Shown here one piece after another: positions 36,768-46,991 of a stretch of 64,000 nt of DNA. Position 1 is the first letter of the stretch. Each line of letters starts with the position of its first letter. This DNA is from Candidatus Latescibacterota bacterium (GTDB lineage: Bacteria > Latescibacterota > UBA2968 > GCA-2709665). Under the pieces are notes generated by a model. That model was not told the DNA's origin, did no database searches, and worked only from the letters and a program-made list of their open reading frames with translations. The position numbers and the translations under genes were made by a program. The stretch spans positions 544,001 through 608,000 of the forward strand of contig OZ244937.1 in the NCBI GenBank assembly GCA_965222075.1, written 5' to 3'.

Positions 36768-36864
36768 ATTGAATATTGCCAGAATTGGATATTGGAAAAT
36801 CTGCAATCTTCAGTCTTCGATCTTCAATACGACGCGCTATTCCTATCTTTCCAAATGCAGTGCG

Positions 36865-36950
36865 AATATACGATTAAGCAACAGGCGGGTCAAGAAAAAA
36901 CACGGGCTTTCCGATTCTCCCTTGACGGTTGGATACCGATTGTCTATATT
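36865..36950. promoter_or_regulatory. Divergent sigma70-like promoters (DUF151 / recG)
   Basis: Minus: TTGACC-17-TATATT (36893-36865); plus: TTGACG-17-TATATT (36922-36950). Confidence 0.6.
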
Positions 36951-37012
36951 CGCACAAGGTATTGTATTTTAAAAAACTATAGCCAGTATCGTCTCCTGGA
37001 TAGTCTCTTTGT

Positions 37013-39103
37013 ATGCTGCCTGAACTTTCATATCCTGTACGCTCCCTGCGGGGGATTGGCGAAAGGCGGGAAGCGCTGCTGCAAGAGGTCGGGATTTCGA
37101 CGGTTGCCGATCTGTTGCTCTTTCTGCCTTACCGGTACGTAGATCGCACCTGCCAGACCGGCATTGCCAGTCTGCGGGTAGATCAGGAAGCGACGGCCGT
37201 GGGACGGGTGGCCTCCATGGGGGTGGTTTCAGGCCGTCAGAAGCGGTTTGTGATGGGGGTGGAGGATGGATCGGGATGCCTCGACTGCGTCTGGTTCGCC
37301 GGATATACGTATTTCCGGCAGGCTTTTTCAAAGGGCGACCTGGTGGCTGTGGGGGGCAGGGTTTCCCGGTTTGGGCAGAAGCTGCAGATGGTCCACCCGG
37401 AGGTAGAGGTGCTCTTAGAGGGTGAGGATGAGGCCCGCCTGCATACGGGGCGCATCGTTCCGCTGTATACGACCAGCGCGCGGATGAAGGCGGAGCGGCT
37501 GAGCTCCCGGGGCCTGCGCAGGCTCATCTACGGTGCGCTGGAGGCGGTATCCGGGGATATTATCGACCCTCTGCCCCCCTCTGTTCGCACCCGGCGCGGC
37601 CTCCTGCCACTTGTTTTGACGATACGGACGATCCACTTTCCCGACTCGCACGAAGAGGTGGAGGCTGCGTGCCGTCGGCTGGCTTTCGACGAGTTGTTTA
37701 TTTTGCAGCTCCACCTGAGGGGACTGCAGCGGGCGCGTGAGGGCCAACCCGGACGTCCGCTTCGGGCGTGTGGGCCTCTGGCCGAAACGCTGATGACACA
37801 CCTGCCGTTCCAGTTGACCGGGGCCCAGCGCCGGGCTTTGGGGGAGATCTGGCGTGATCTTTCCCGGCCAGTGGCGATGCACCGGCTGCTGCAGGGAGAT
37901 GTGGGGTCAGGCAAGACGCTGGTGGCCCTGCTGGCGATGCTTTCAGCGGTGGAGGGTGGGGCGCAGGCGACCCTGATGGCGCCCACGGAGATCCTGGCCG
38001 AACAGCATGCAGGGGTGCTGCGTGAGCTGCTAACACCACTGGATCTGCCGGTATACCTCTTGACGGGGCGCCTTCGGCAGGCCCAACGGCGGGAGGCGCT
38101 GAAAGCCTTAGCGTGTGGGGATGCGCGGATTGTGGTGGGAACGCATGCGCTGCTGCGGGAGGATGTGGTTTTTGACGACCTGGGGATGGCTGTGGTAGAC
38201 GAGCAGCACCGGTTCGGGGTGCTCCAGCGGGCAGCGCTGAGGGAGAAGGGAGAGGGCGTCCACCTGCTGGTGATGACAGCGACCCCGATTCCCCGTTCCC
38301 TGGCGCTGACGCTGTATGGCGATCTGGATGTGACGGTCCTGGACGAACTGCCCCCGGGACGTGGGCCGGTGGTAACGGGCTGGCGTCTGGCAGCGGACCG
38401 CCACCGGGCGTTTTCTTTTTTGCGGGAGGAAATTGTTAAGGGGCGACAGGCCTATATCGTCTATCCCCTGATCGAGGAGTCGGGGGAGAGCGATATGAAG
38501 GCGGTAACCCAGGCCTTTGTGGATTTGCAGCAGGGGCCGCTTCGGGGGCTGCGCCTTGGGTTGCTGCACGGGCGACTGCCGGCGGATGAGAAAGAGGCGG
38601 TGATGTCGGGGTTTCGGGCAGGGCAGATCGATGCGCTGGTGTCCACCACGGTGATCGAGGTGGGAGTGGATGTGCCCGATGCCACGGTGATGCTGGTGGA
38701 ACATGCGGAGCGGTTCGGGCTTTCCCAACTCCACCAGCTCCGTGGACGTGTGGGCCGGGGGGCGCATGCCTCCTACTGCGTGCTGGTTGCCGATCCTGCG
38801 GGCGGTCTAACGCCTGAGGCACATGCCCGGCTGGATACGATGGCGCGGACAAGGGATGGGTTCGAAATTGCGGAGATGGATTTGCAGATCCGGGGACCGG
38901 GACAGATTTTTGGGACGCGGCAGGCCGGTTTTCCCGAGTTTCGGTTTGCCCATTTGGGGCGGGATGGGGATCTGGTGGTTCTGGCACGGAGAGAGGCGAA
39001 GGGCCTGCTGGATGCCGATCCAAAGCTCATGCATTTCGAACACCGGGAGTTGGCCCGGCGGGTGGAAGCAGTGGACCTGGGCGGAATGCGGATTGCGGGG
39101 TGA
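37013..39103 (+). CDS. recG: ATP-dependent DNA helicase RecG
   Basis: LLQGDVGSGKT, DEQHRFG, MTATPIPRSL, QLHQLRGRVGRG. Confidence 0.97.
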   Translation: MLPELSYPVRSLRGIGERREALLQEVGISTVADLLLFLPYRYVDRTCQTGIASLRVDQEATAVGRVASMGVVSGRQKRFVMGVEDGSGCLDCVWFAGYTYFRQAFSKGDLVAVGGRVSRFGQKLQMVHPEVEVLLEGEDEARLHTGRIVPLYTTSARMKAERLSSRGLRRLIYGALEAVSGDIIDPLPPSVRTRRGLLPLVLTIRTIHFPDSHEEVEAACRRLAFDELFILQLHLRGLQRAREGQPGRPLRACGPLAETLMTHLPFQLTGAQRRALGEIWRDLSRPVAMHRLLQGDVGSGKTLVALLAMLSAVEGGAQATLMAPTEILAEQHAGVLRELLTPLDLPVYLLTGRLRQAQRREALKALACGDARIVVGTHALLREDVVFDDLGMAVVDEQHRFGVLQRAALREKGEGVHLLVMTATPIPRSLALTLYGDLDVTVLDELPPGRGPVVTGWRLAADRHRAFSFLREEIVKGRQAYIVYPLIEESGESDMKAVTQAFVDLQQGPLRGLRLGLLHGRLPADEKEAVMSGFRAGQIDALVSTTVIEVGVDVPDATVMLVEHAERFGLSQLHQLRGRVGRGAHASYCVLVADPAGGLTPEAHARLDTMARTRDGFEIAEMDLQIRGPGQIFGTRQAGFPEFRFAHLGRDGDLVVLARREAKGLLDADPKLMHFEHRELARRVEAVDLGGMRIAG

Positions 39104-39141
39104 TGGAAATTCTGCAATGGGTTGGGTGGGCGGGATTAGGG

Positions 39142-39170
39142 TTGACACCCCTGTGAATTTGTGGTAGATT
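39142..39170 (+). promoter_or_regulatory. Sigma70-like promoter
   Basis: TTGACA-17-TAGATT. Confidence 0.55.
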
Positions 39171-39226
39171 GTTCGCGGTATTTCAGGTTCCGGAGAGGGG
39201 CGTTTCGGATTTTGGAAGGGGATATT

Positions 39227-40189
39227 ATGCAATCGGGGGCGTGCAGGATCGCCCTGGTCGGCACGATTAATCGCGATACAATTCAAACGCCCGACGGGGT
39301 ACGCACCCACAGCTACGGCGGCATGCTCTACAGCATCCTCGCCTTAGCCGAGATCGCGGAGGCGGCGATCTACCCGATCTGCAATGTGGGCGAGGATGTG
39401 GAGGCGGCCGTTCGGGAACTGCTTGCCCCCTATTCTTCGGTTCGGTTTGACGGGATGCGGTTCGTTTCGGAGCAGAATCCCCACTGTTTCCTGGAGTACG
39501 ACGCAGAGGGGCACAAGCAGGAGACCCTCCTGGGCGGGGTTGTGCCGCTGACGGCTGACCGGATCGGTCCGTTTCTGGACTGCGATGCGGTTTGTTTCAA
39601 TTTTATTACCGGCATGGAGCTTTCGCTGGAGACGTTTCAGGAGGTCCAGGGCGCTGCGGTGGGGCTTATCTGTATGGATGTGCACAGCCTGACGCTGGGC
39701 ATTGACAGCAACCGCCGCCGGTTCTGGCGGGTTCCCCCGCAGTGGGAATCCTGGGTGGCCTGTGCCGATGTGGTACAGCTCAACGAACAGGAGGGGGCCT
39801 TATTGGCCGGTGAGACGCTGGATGGGGATTCGGCCTTCCGGCGTTTTGGGGAAAAGGTACTTTCCCTGGGGCCTGCCTCACTCCTGATGACCTGCGGCGA
39901 GCGGGGGTGCCGGACGGTTTACCGGAATGCGCGGGGGGAGGTTGAGGTTCAACGTTTTGGCCCCTCCCCGGTCGGGACGCCACAGGATGAGACCGGGTGC
40001 GGCGATGTGTTCCTGATAGGGTTTACCTGGGCGTATCTGCAAACGGGGGATTTTGCAGAGGCCAGCCGGTTTGCCAACCAGGTGGCGGGCATCAACTGCT
40101 GCCTGCGGGGGATCGAGGAGATCGGACAGATTGGCCGTTTTCCGGGTCCCGAAGGCCGCTTTGTTTCTTCATTCCCCCAAGAGGGATAG
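39227..40189 (+). CDS. PfkB-family carbohydrate kinase
   Basis: QLNEQE, TCGERG, DETGCGDVF. Confidence 0.85.
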   Translation: MQSGACRIALVGTINRDTIQTPDGVRTHSYGGMLYSILALAEIAEAAIYPICNVGEDVEAAVRELLAPYSSVRFDGMRFVSEQNPHCFLEYDAEGHKQETLLGGVVPLTADRIGPFLDCDAVCFNFITGMELSLETFQEVQGAAVGLICMDVHSLTLGIDSNRRRFWRVPPQWESWVACADVVQLNEQEGALLAGETLDGDSAFRRFGEKVLSLGPASLLMTCGERGCRTVYRNARGEVEVQRFGPSPVGTPQDETGCGDVFLIGFTWAYLQTGDFAEASRFANQVAGINCCLRGIEEIGQIGRFPGPEGRFVSSFPQEG

Positions 40190-40241
40190 AAAAGGTGTGG
40201 TGAAGCCCTGCCCCCTTTCTACACCAGAGGAGGTAAACGCG

Positions 40242-41216
40242 ATGCAACAGTACAATTTTCCAAGCAGACCGAATTTCGATCTGTCCCTGAACTCCCGGTA
40301 CATCTATTACGCGCTGGGGGTGATTGTGGTTCTCTGGTTGGCCAGCGGGATCTACATTGTCCGGGCCGACGAACAGGCGGTGGTGCTGCGGTTCGGACGG
40401 TCTATGGGGGTGGAGGAATCCGGACTTCACTACCACCTGCCCTGGCCCGTCGAAAGTGTTGAGATCGAACGGGTGACCGAGTTCAAACGGGAAGAGATCG
40501 GTTTCCGCACCATCGGGATGGACCCAACGCCGCGTTATCAACCGGTGGTCAGAGAAGCGCTGATGCTCACCGGAGACGAGAATATTGTGAGCGTGGAACT
40601 GATCGTGCAGTACCGTATTGGCGATATTGAGAAGTACCTTTTCAACGTGGACGGTCAGGGCCAGGCTGTCCGGAGTGTCGCGGAAGCCGCGCTGCGCCAG
40701 GTCATCGGCCGATCCACCATCGACGAGGTCCTTACCGAGGGCAAGTTCCAGATTCAGGGAGAGATCGAGGAACAGATCAAGGAAGTTTTTGAGCTTTACG
40801 GGATTGGGCTGCATGTGGAGGCGGTGAAACTTCAGACCGTATCGGTGCCCAGAGAGGTGGACCACGCCTTCAAGGATGTAGCCAGCGCTCGGGAAGACCG
40901 TGAGAAGCTCCGGAACGAGGCGGAGGCCTACCAGAACGAGGTTATCCCCAAGGCCCGGGGTGGGGCCGAAAAGATGATCCGGGAGGCGGAGGCCTACAAG
41001 GTGGAAAGGGTCAAGCGGTCTCAGGGAGATGCCGACCGCTTCCTGGTGGTTCTGAAGGAATACCGGAATGCCCGGGAGGTGACCGAGACCCGGCTTTATT
41101 TAGAGACGATGGAGAAGATCCTGCCGGGGATCCAGAAATATATTGTGGAATCCGGCGGCAAGGGAGGTGGCATTTTGAATGTCCTGCAGCTCCAGAAAAC
41201 GACAGGAGGGAAATAG
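40242..41216 (+). CDS. hflK: FtsH modulator HflK
   Basis: VVLRFG, MLTGDENIV, AF.DV..A, RLYLETME. Confidence 0.95.
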   Translation: MQQYNFPSRPNFDLSLNSRYIYYALGVIVVLWLASGIYIVRADEQAVVLRFGRSMGVEESGLHYHLPWPVESVEIERVTEFKREEIGFRTIGMDPTPRYQPVVREALMLTGDENIVSVELIVQYRIGDIEKYLFNVDGQGQAVRSVAEAALRQVIGRSTIDEVLTEGKFQIQGEIEEQIKEVFELYGIGLHVEAVKLQTVSVPREVDHAFKDVASAREDREKLRNEAEAYQNEVIPKARGGAEKMIREAEAYKVERVKRSQGDADRFLVVLKEYRNAREVTETRLYLETMEKILPGIQKYIVESGGKGGGILNVLQLQKTTGGK

Positions 41217-41218
41217 CC

Positions 41219-42079
41219 ATGAGAACGGCTGTGATTCTACTTGTGATTCTGATTCTGCTCGGGATTGCCGTTGATGCCGTATTTTTTATCGTGGATGAAC
41301 GGGAGCAGGTGGTGGTGACCCGGCTGGGAGAGCCGAAGCGTATTATACTGACCTCCGGAATCAGGTGGAAAGTGCCCTTTATCGAGCAGATCCACGTCTT
41401 CGATGATCGTCTACTTTTCAGCGATGCCGATCCGGCGCCCATTTATACAATGGACAAGAAAAATCTGATTGTGGACAATTTCGCCCGGTGGCGCATTGCA
41501 GATCCGCTCAAGTTCCTGCGGTCCGTACAGACGATTCGAGGCGCCCAGTCCCGCTTAGATGATATTATCTATGCTGCGGTGCGAGAGGAGCTGGGGCGGC
41601 GCGCCCTTTCAGAGATCGTCTCGGGCAACCGGCGGGAGATTATGCAGCGGGTCACGAAGCGGTCCCGGCAGGATGCCGAGGAGCTGGGCGTCGAGATTAT
41701 CGACGTGCGGATCAAGCGCGCCGACTTGCCGGAGGAGAACAAAAAGAATGTGTTCGATCGGATGCGGGCGGAGCGGTCCCGGCAGGCCAAGGAGTACCGC
41801 GCCGAAGGAGAGGAGATGGCGCTGAAGATCCGCGCGGAGACCGACCTGGAGGTGACGCGGCTCAAGTCCGGGGCATTTCAGAAATCGCAGTTGATCCGGG
41901 GGGAGGGAGACGCCGAGGCCCTGCGGATCTATGCCGATGCGTTCCTGCGAGATCCCAAGTTCTACGAATTTCAGCGCACCCTGGAGACCTACGAAAAGAC
42001 GCTGGGTGAGAATACTGTGGTTGTGCTGCCGTTGAGCATCGAGTTCTTCAAGTATCTCGGAACCGGAAAGAAAAAATGA
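41219..42079 (+). CDS. hflC: FtsH modulator HflC
   Basis: DKKNLIVD, DVRIKRADLP, RMRAER, FYEFQRTLE. Confidence 0.95.
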   Translation: MRTAVILLVILILLGIAVDAVFFIVDEREQVVVTRLGEPKRIILTSGIRWKVPFIEQIHVFDDRLLFSDADPAPIYTMDKKNLIVDNFARWRIADPLKFLRSVQTIRGAQSRLDDIIYAAVREELGRRALSEIVSGNRREIMQRVTKRSRQDAEELGVEIIDVRIKRADLPEENKKNVFDRMRAERSRQAKEYRAEGEEMALKIRAETDLEVTRLKSGAFQKSQLIRGEGDAEALRIYADAFLRDPKFYEFQRTLETYEKTLGENTVVVLPLSIEFFKYLGTGKKK

Positions 42080-43116
42080 GGACAGGGCATTCCGGCTGGT
42101 GGCGTGACCTGCCTGCGCCGTGCCTTGCTCGGCAGGCAGGGCTGCGTCTGCTGGATCTGCCCCTTGCGGGGAGGCAGAGACAGGCCGGGATGGTTCTGAT
42201 CTTTTGCCTTGTCATTTTCCTTCCTTTCAGCCTCTCTGCCCAGGGATGGTCCGAGCACCGGGCCGATGGCCTTCTGCTCCGGTTTCAGGAGCCCGACCGC
42301 GCGCTGGCCGGTGCGCTGTTAGGCGATTTGATTGCAGGGCGGGCGGAGATCGCGCGCAGGCTGGGGGGGGTCGCCCAGGTCCCCATAGCCGTGTACCTGG
42401 CCCCTTCGGAGGAGGTATTCAGGGCGCTGACGGGGGGACGAATTCCCCACTGGGGGGTGGGTTGCGCGTTTCCCGAAGCGGGGATCGTCGTGCTGCGGAA
42501 GCTGCCGGGACAGCCCGATGCGCTTCTACTTACCGCCCGGCATGAGATCTGCCACATTTTGCTGCACCACGCTGTGCCGGGAAGGGTGCCGGTCTGGTTC
42601 AACGAAGGGGTGGCGATGTGGGGCGCCCAGGAGTGGCGGTTGCGTCAGAGCGCCGAGGTCTTCTACGCGATGTTTTCGGGAGGGCTCGTTCCGCTTTCCG
42701 AGATTGAGGACGTGCTCAGCTTTTCATCGTCCCGGGCGCACCTGGCCTATACCGAGAGCCTCCTGGCCGTGGTCTATCTGATCCACTTGGGGGGGCCCGA
42801 TGCGGTGGGCCGGATGATTGCGGACCTGAGTTCCGGCACCCCGTTTGACGTTGCCCTCTACCGTGTAACCGGCTACACGCCCCGGCGGTTTGAAAAGATG
42901 TGGGCCGATTACGTGTGGGGGCGGTTCAGTCTGATATCGCTGATGATTGCTCCGGAGGCGCTCTGGTTTTACCTGGCGCTTCTCTTTTTGGCCGCCTATG
43001 TGGCCGTGCGCTACCGCAACCGGCGTACCGTGCGGCGCTGGGAAGACGAGGGCCCTGCAGAGGTCCTGCCCCTGCGGTTGCGCCTTCAGGTCCACCGGCG
43101 GGAGGACCGGCTGTGA
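42076..43116 (+). CDS. Peptidase MA-like metallohydrolase, membrane anchored
   Basis: HEICH...VPVWFNEG; C-terminal TM; start uncertain. Confidence 0.8.
   Translation: MRTGHSGWWRDLPAPCLARQAGLRLLDLPLAGRQRQAGMVLIFCLVIFLPFSLSAQGWSEHRADGLLLRFQEPDRALAGALLGDLIAGRAEIARRLGGVAQVPIAVYLAPSEEVFRALTGGRIPHWGVGCAFPEAGIVVLRKLPGQPDALLLTARHEICHILLHHAVPGRVPVWFNEGVAMWGAQEWRLRQSAEVFYAMFSGGLVPLSEIEDVLSFSSSRAHLAYTESLLAVVYLIHLGGPDAVGRMIADLSSGTPFDVALYRVTGYTPRRFEKMWADYVWGRFSLISLMIAPEALWFYLALLFLAAYVAVRYRNRRTVRRWEDEGPAEVLPLRLRLQVHRREDRL
42108..42140. repeat. Palindromic element (33 nt, in frame)
   Basis: CCTGCCTGCGCCGTGCCTTGCTCGGCAGGCAGG. Confidence 0.88.
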
Positions 43117-43703
43117 GGGTGGGTGTGACGGGGGGAATCGGCGCGGGGAAGAGCAGCGTTTGCCGGGTCTTTGAGGCCGAGGGGGCGCTGGTGGTTGAGG
43201 CGGATGCGGTGGGACACGAGACAGCGGCGGACCCGGCGGTGCTCCCGGAGCTGGTGGCGGCTTTCGGCGCGGATATCACAGATGGGGAAGGCCGGCTGGT
43301 GAGGCGTGAACTGGGTCGGCGTGCGTTCGTCTCAGAGGCATCTCGACAAAAGCTCAATACAATTGTATGGCCGGCGCTGAACGAGCGCCTTCAGGCATCC
43401 GTCCGGAAGGCCCTGGGAGAACGTCCCGACCGGCTGGTGGTGATTGACGCTGCCCTCCTGGTGGAGTGGGGCGATCCCACCTGCGACGCGCTGGTGGTGG
43501 TGACGGCCCCTCCGGAGGCGCGGGTGGCGCGGACGGTATCGCGGCTGGGGATTTCCAGGGCCCAGGCCGAGGCGCGGATGGCGTCTCAGCTTCCGGATGA
43601 GGAGAAGATCCGGGTTGCGGACTACGTGATTGTGAACGACGGCTCGTTAGCGGAACTGGAACGGAAGGCGCGGGAGGTGTGGAAGCAGATTGTGAAAGGT
43701 TGA
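43113..43703 (+). CDS. coaE: Dephospho-CoA kinase
   Basis: GVTGGIGAGKS, DAALLVE, SQLP, ADYVIVNDG; GTGA overlap. Confidence 0.93.
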   Translation: MRVGVTGGIGAGKSSVCRVFEAEGALVVEADAVGHETAADPAVLPELVAAFGADITDGEGRLVRRELGRRAFVSEASRQKLNTIVWPALNERLQASVRKALGERPDRLVVIDAALLVEWGDPTCDALVVVTAPPEARVARTVSRLGISRAQAEARMASQLPDEEKIRVADYVIVNDGSLAELERKAREVWKQIVKG

Positions 43704-43750
43704 GTGGGGGCTGGATTCGAAGGGTCTTTGTCTGAGGAATTCGATTGCTT

Positions 43751-45085
43751 ATGAACTATACGCCGCATACCGATCAGGATATTCAGAAGATGCTCGATGT
43801 CATCGGGGTCGCGTCCACGGCCGACCTGTTTGCGCCGGTGCCCGAGAGCCTGCGGCTGAAGGGGCTGGACCTGCCTGCCGGGATCAGCGAGATGGAGGCG
43901 GTGGCCCTGGTTCAGGACTTGGCACGGTGGGTGAGAGAAGACGCCCCCGAACTCTCTTTTTTGGGGGGCGGGGCGTATGAGCATTTTACGCCCAGCGTGG
44001 TGGATGCGATGATTTCCCGGGGCGAGTTTTATACGGCCTATACGCCCTACCAGCCCGAGGTGAGTCAGGGGACGCTTCGGGCGATTTTTGAGTTTCAGAC
44101 GATGATCTGTGAACTGACGGGTATGGAGGTGGCCAACGCCTCGATGTACGACGGGTCGTCGGCCCTGGCCGAAGCGGTGATGATGGCCGTCCGGATTAAC
44201 GACGGGGGGCGGGTGCTTCTGCCAAGGAGCCTTCATCCTTTTTATCGGAGGGTGGTGGAGACCTATGTTCGGGGGATTGGACTGGAGATTGTGGAGATCC
44301 CATGGACGGGTGCGGGGACGCTGGATCTGCAACGCGTGGAGGAGGAACTGGGCGGTGCGGCGGCAGTGGTGGTACAGAATCCAAATTTCTTAGGCGTGCT
44401 GGAACCGTTAGAGGAGGTCGGGGCGCTTGTGAACCCAACGCCGACGGCCTACGTGGCGGCGGTGAATCCGATTTCACTGGGGGTGATCCGGCCGCCGGGG
44501 GATTTTGGGGCGGATATTGTGGTGGGCGACGGCCAGCCCCTGGGCCTGCCGCTGTCTTACGGGGGCCCCTATGTAGGGTTTTTTGCCACGCGTGAGCAGT
44601 ACGTCCGTCGGATGCCGGGGCGGGTGTGCGGGCAGACAACGGACGTGGATGGGAAACGGGGGTTTGTGCTGACGCTTCAGACGCGCGAACAGCACATCCG
44701 GCGGGAGCGGGCGATGTCCAATATCTGCACCAACCAGACGCTTTGCGCAACCGCGGCAACGGTCTATCTCTCGGCCCTGGGACCGCAGGGTTTACGCGAG
44801 GTGGGGCTTCTCAACTGGAATCGAAGCCACCGGGCGGCAGAGGGGCTGAACGCCCTGGACGGCGTGGGGCTGAAATTTTCGGGGGCGACGTTCAACGAGT
44901 TTGCGGTTGAGACCGACCGAAAGGCGTCTGAGGTCCTGGGGGCGTTGCGGGGGAAGGGGATTGCGGCCGGTATCGATCTGGGCCGTTTCTTCCCGGAACT
45001 GGATAGATGCATTTTGACCTGCGTGACCGAAACCAAGACCGAGGCGGATATCGAGCGCTTCGTGGCCGCCTGGAGGGAAGCGTAA
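43751..45085 (+). CDS. gcvPA: Glycine dehydrogenase subunit 1
   Basis: YTAYTPYQPEVSQG, NASMYDG, QTREQHIRRE, SNICTNQ. Confidence 0.96.
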   Translation: MNYTPHTDQDIQKMLDVIGVASTADLFAPVPESLRLKGLDLPAGISEMEAVALVQDLARWVREDAPELSFLGGGAYEHFTPSVVDAMISRGEFYTAYTPYQPEVSQGTLRAIFEFQTMICELTGMEVANASMYDGSSALAEAVMMAVRINDGGRVLLPRSLHPFYRRVVETYVRGIGLEIVEIPWTGAGTLDLQRVEEELGGAAAVVVQNPNFLGVLEPLEEVGALVNPTPTAYVAAVNPISLGVIRPPGDFGADIVVGDGQPLGLPLSYGGPYVGFFATREQYVRRMPGRVCGQTTDVDGKRGFVLTLQTREQHIRRERAMSNICTNQTLCATAATVYLSALGPQGLREVGLLNWNRSHRAAEGLNALDGVGLKFSGATFNEFAVETDRKASEVLGALRGKGIAAGIDLGRFFPELDRCILTCVTETKTEADIERFVAAWREA

Positions 45086-46536
45086 TGGATCGGGATCTTC
45101 TGATTTTTGAACGGGGCGAGGCAGGACGTCGATGCACGATTTTTCCCGATGCGGGCGATCCCGTTGTTCCCATTCCCGAGGGGATGCGGAGGGATAGGCA
45201 GCCGGCGCTACCGGAGGTGAGCGAACTGGAGATGGTGCGCCACTATGTGGGGCTGTCTTCGATGAATTTCAGCATCGATACGGTTTTCTATCCCCTCGGC
45301 TCGTGTACGATGAAGTACAATCCGAAAGTGCACGAGCGGGCCGCCCGCGTTCCCGAGATTGCAGGGATGCATCCCTTTGCGGACGGAGCGCAGGCGCAAC
45401 CGGCGCTCCGGGTGCTCTGGGAGATGGAGCAAGTGCTCAAAACCGTTACCGGTATGGACGGGTTTACGTTCCAGCCGGCGGCGGGCGCACAGGGAGAGTT
45501 TGTGGGAATTTCCCTGGTTGCGGCCTACCACCGGGCGATGGGCAACCAGAAGAAGGTAGTGCTGGTCCCGGATTCGGCGCACGGCACCAACCCGGCCACG
45601 GCGGCCATGTGCGGGTACTCGGTGGAGACGATCCGGTCGACGGACCGGGGTACGGTGGATGTGGACGATCTGGAGGCCAGGATGGGCGACGAGGTTGCCG
45701 CGCTGATGCTGACGAACCCCAATACCTTTGGGGTGTTTGAGGACGAGATCTTAGAGGTTGCACGGATCGTGCACAAGGGCGGCGGCCTTCTCTACTACGA
45801 CGGTGCGAATCTGAACGCCTTTCTGGGGCAGTGCCGTCCGGGCGATATGGGGTTCGACGTGGTCCACATCAATCTGCACAAGACCTTTACCACGCCCCAC
45901 GGGGGAGGGGGCCCCGGATCGGGACCGGTGGGGGTGAAGGATGCGCTGCTTCCCTACTTGCCGATTCCGGTGGTGGTGGAGGAGGAGGGGCGTTTCCGCC
46001 TCGATTTCGACCGGCCCGAGTCGATCGGCAAGACCAGCACGTTCTACGGGAACTTCGGCATGGTGATCCGGGCCTATGTGTATGCCCGGATGCTGGGCGC
46101 AGAAGGGATGCGTCGTACCAGCGAGATGGCGGTGCTGAATGCGAACTATATTGCAAAAAGGCTCGATTCCTATTACGACCGTCCCAAAAAGGCCCAGCCG
46201 ATGCACGAGATGGTTTTTTCGGCATCCCGGCAGAAACGCGAACACGGGGTGAGCGCGCTGGATATTGCCAAGCGGCTGATCGATTACGGCCATCATCCCC
46301 CAACGATCTACTTTCCTCTGCCCAATGTCGCTCCGGAAGCGATGCTGATTGAACCGACCGAGACCGAGAGCGTAGAACAGATCGATGACTTTGTTGAGGC
46401 AATGATCCGGATCGCAACAGAAGCGGCAGAGGACCCGGACCTGCTCCACGAGGCGCCCCACGATACACCGGTTCGAAGGCTGGACGAAGCCACGGCCGCC
46501 CGCAAGCCGGTGTTGAGGTGGAAACCGAAGCGGTGA
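45085..46536 (+). CDS. gcvPB: Glycine dehydrogenase subunit 2
   Basis: YPLGSCTMKYNP, SAHGTNPA, HINLHKTFTTPHGGGGPG, IEPTETES. Confidence 0.96.
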   Translation: MDRDLLIFERGEAGRRCTIFPDAGDPVVPIPEGMRRDRQPALPEVSELEMVRHYVGLSSMNFSIDTVFYPLGSCTMKYNPKVHERAARVPEIAGMHPFADGAQAQPALRVLWEMEQVLKTVTGMDGFTFQPAAGAQGEFVGISLVAAYHRAMGNQKKVVLVPDSAHGTNPATAAMCGYSVETIRSTDRGTVDVDDLEARMGDEVAALMLTNPNTFGVFEDEILEVARIVHKGGGLLYYDGANLNAFLGQCRPGDMGFDVVHINLHKTFTTPHGGGGPGSGPVGVKDALLPYLPIPVVVEEEGRFRLDFDRPESIGKTSTFYGNFGMVIRAYVYARMLGAEGMRRTSEMAVLNANYIAKRLDSYYDRPKKAQPMHEMVFSASRQKREHGVSALDIAKRLIDYGHHPPTIYFPLPNVAPEAMLIEPTETESVEQIDDFVEAMIRIATEAAEDPDLLHEAPHDTPVRRLDEATAARKPVLRWKPKR

Positions 46537-46585
46537 AAGGACGGGGCAGAGGGCAAAAGACGGGATGCTGGCACCGCTCCTGAAT

Positions 46586-46987
46586 TTATGGCCCCGGACG
46601 GGTGATTTCGATCAGGTTGCCGTCGGGGTCCTGGCAGAAGACAAACCGGCTGCCTTCGTGCGGCCTTGTTCCGGGGCCTCCAACGATCCGGATCCATTCG
46701 CCGTCTAAAGATTTGAGCACCCGCTCGAAGTCTGAGACCTCAAACGCGATGTGGCGCCGGGACGGTCCGGGATGTTCTTCCGCTACCAGGAGGTGTACTT
46801 CCAGACCTCCGCATTGGTACCAGGCCCCTTCAAAGTCGTAATCGGGCCTGGGAATGGGCTCTAACCCGAGGAATTTCTCGTAGAAGGACCTGGCCCGATC
46901 CAGATCGCTCACCACCAGGGTGATGTGATGTACTCCCTTAATATCCAGGACTCTGTGGGTGGGCTCACCCTCTTTCAAGGCATCCAC
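46586..46987 (-). CDS. VOC/glyoxalase family protein
   Basis: HHITLVVSDL..A..FY, HIAF, QDPDGNLIEI. Confidence 0.9.
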   Translation of the reverse strand: MDALKEGEPTHRVLDIKGVHHITLVVSDLDRARSFYEKFLGLEPIPRPDYDFEGAWYQCGGLEVHLLVAEEHPGPSRRHIAFEVSDFERVLKSLDGEWIRIVGGPGTRPHEGSRFVFCQDPDGNLIEITRPGP

Positions 46988-46991
46988 GGTT

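Noticed and set aside
42150-42185. Possible degenerate palindromic element (also near 49252-49270)
   Set aside because: Ends too degraded to assign
43870-43882. CCTGCCTGCC in gcvPA (and GGCAGGCAGG near 31666 in sbcD)
   Set aside because: Single arms with no partner; compatible with ordinary codons
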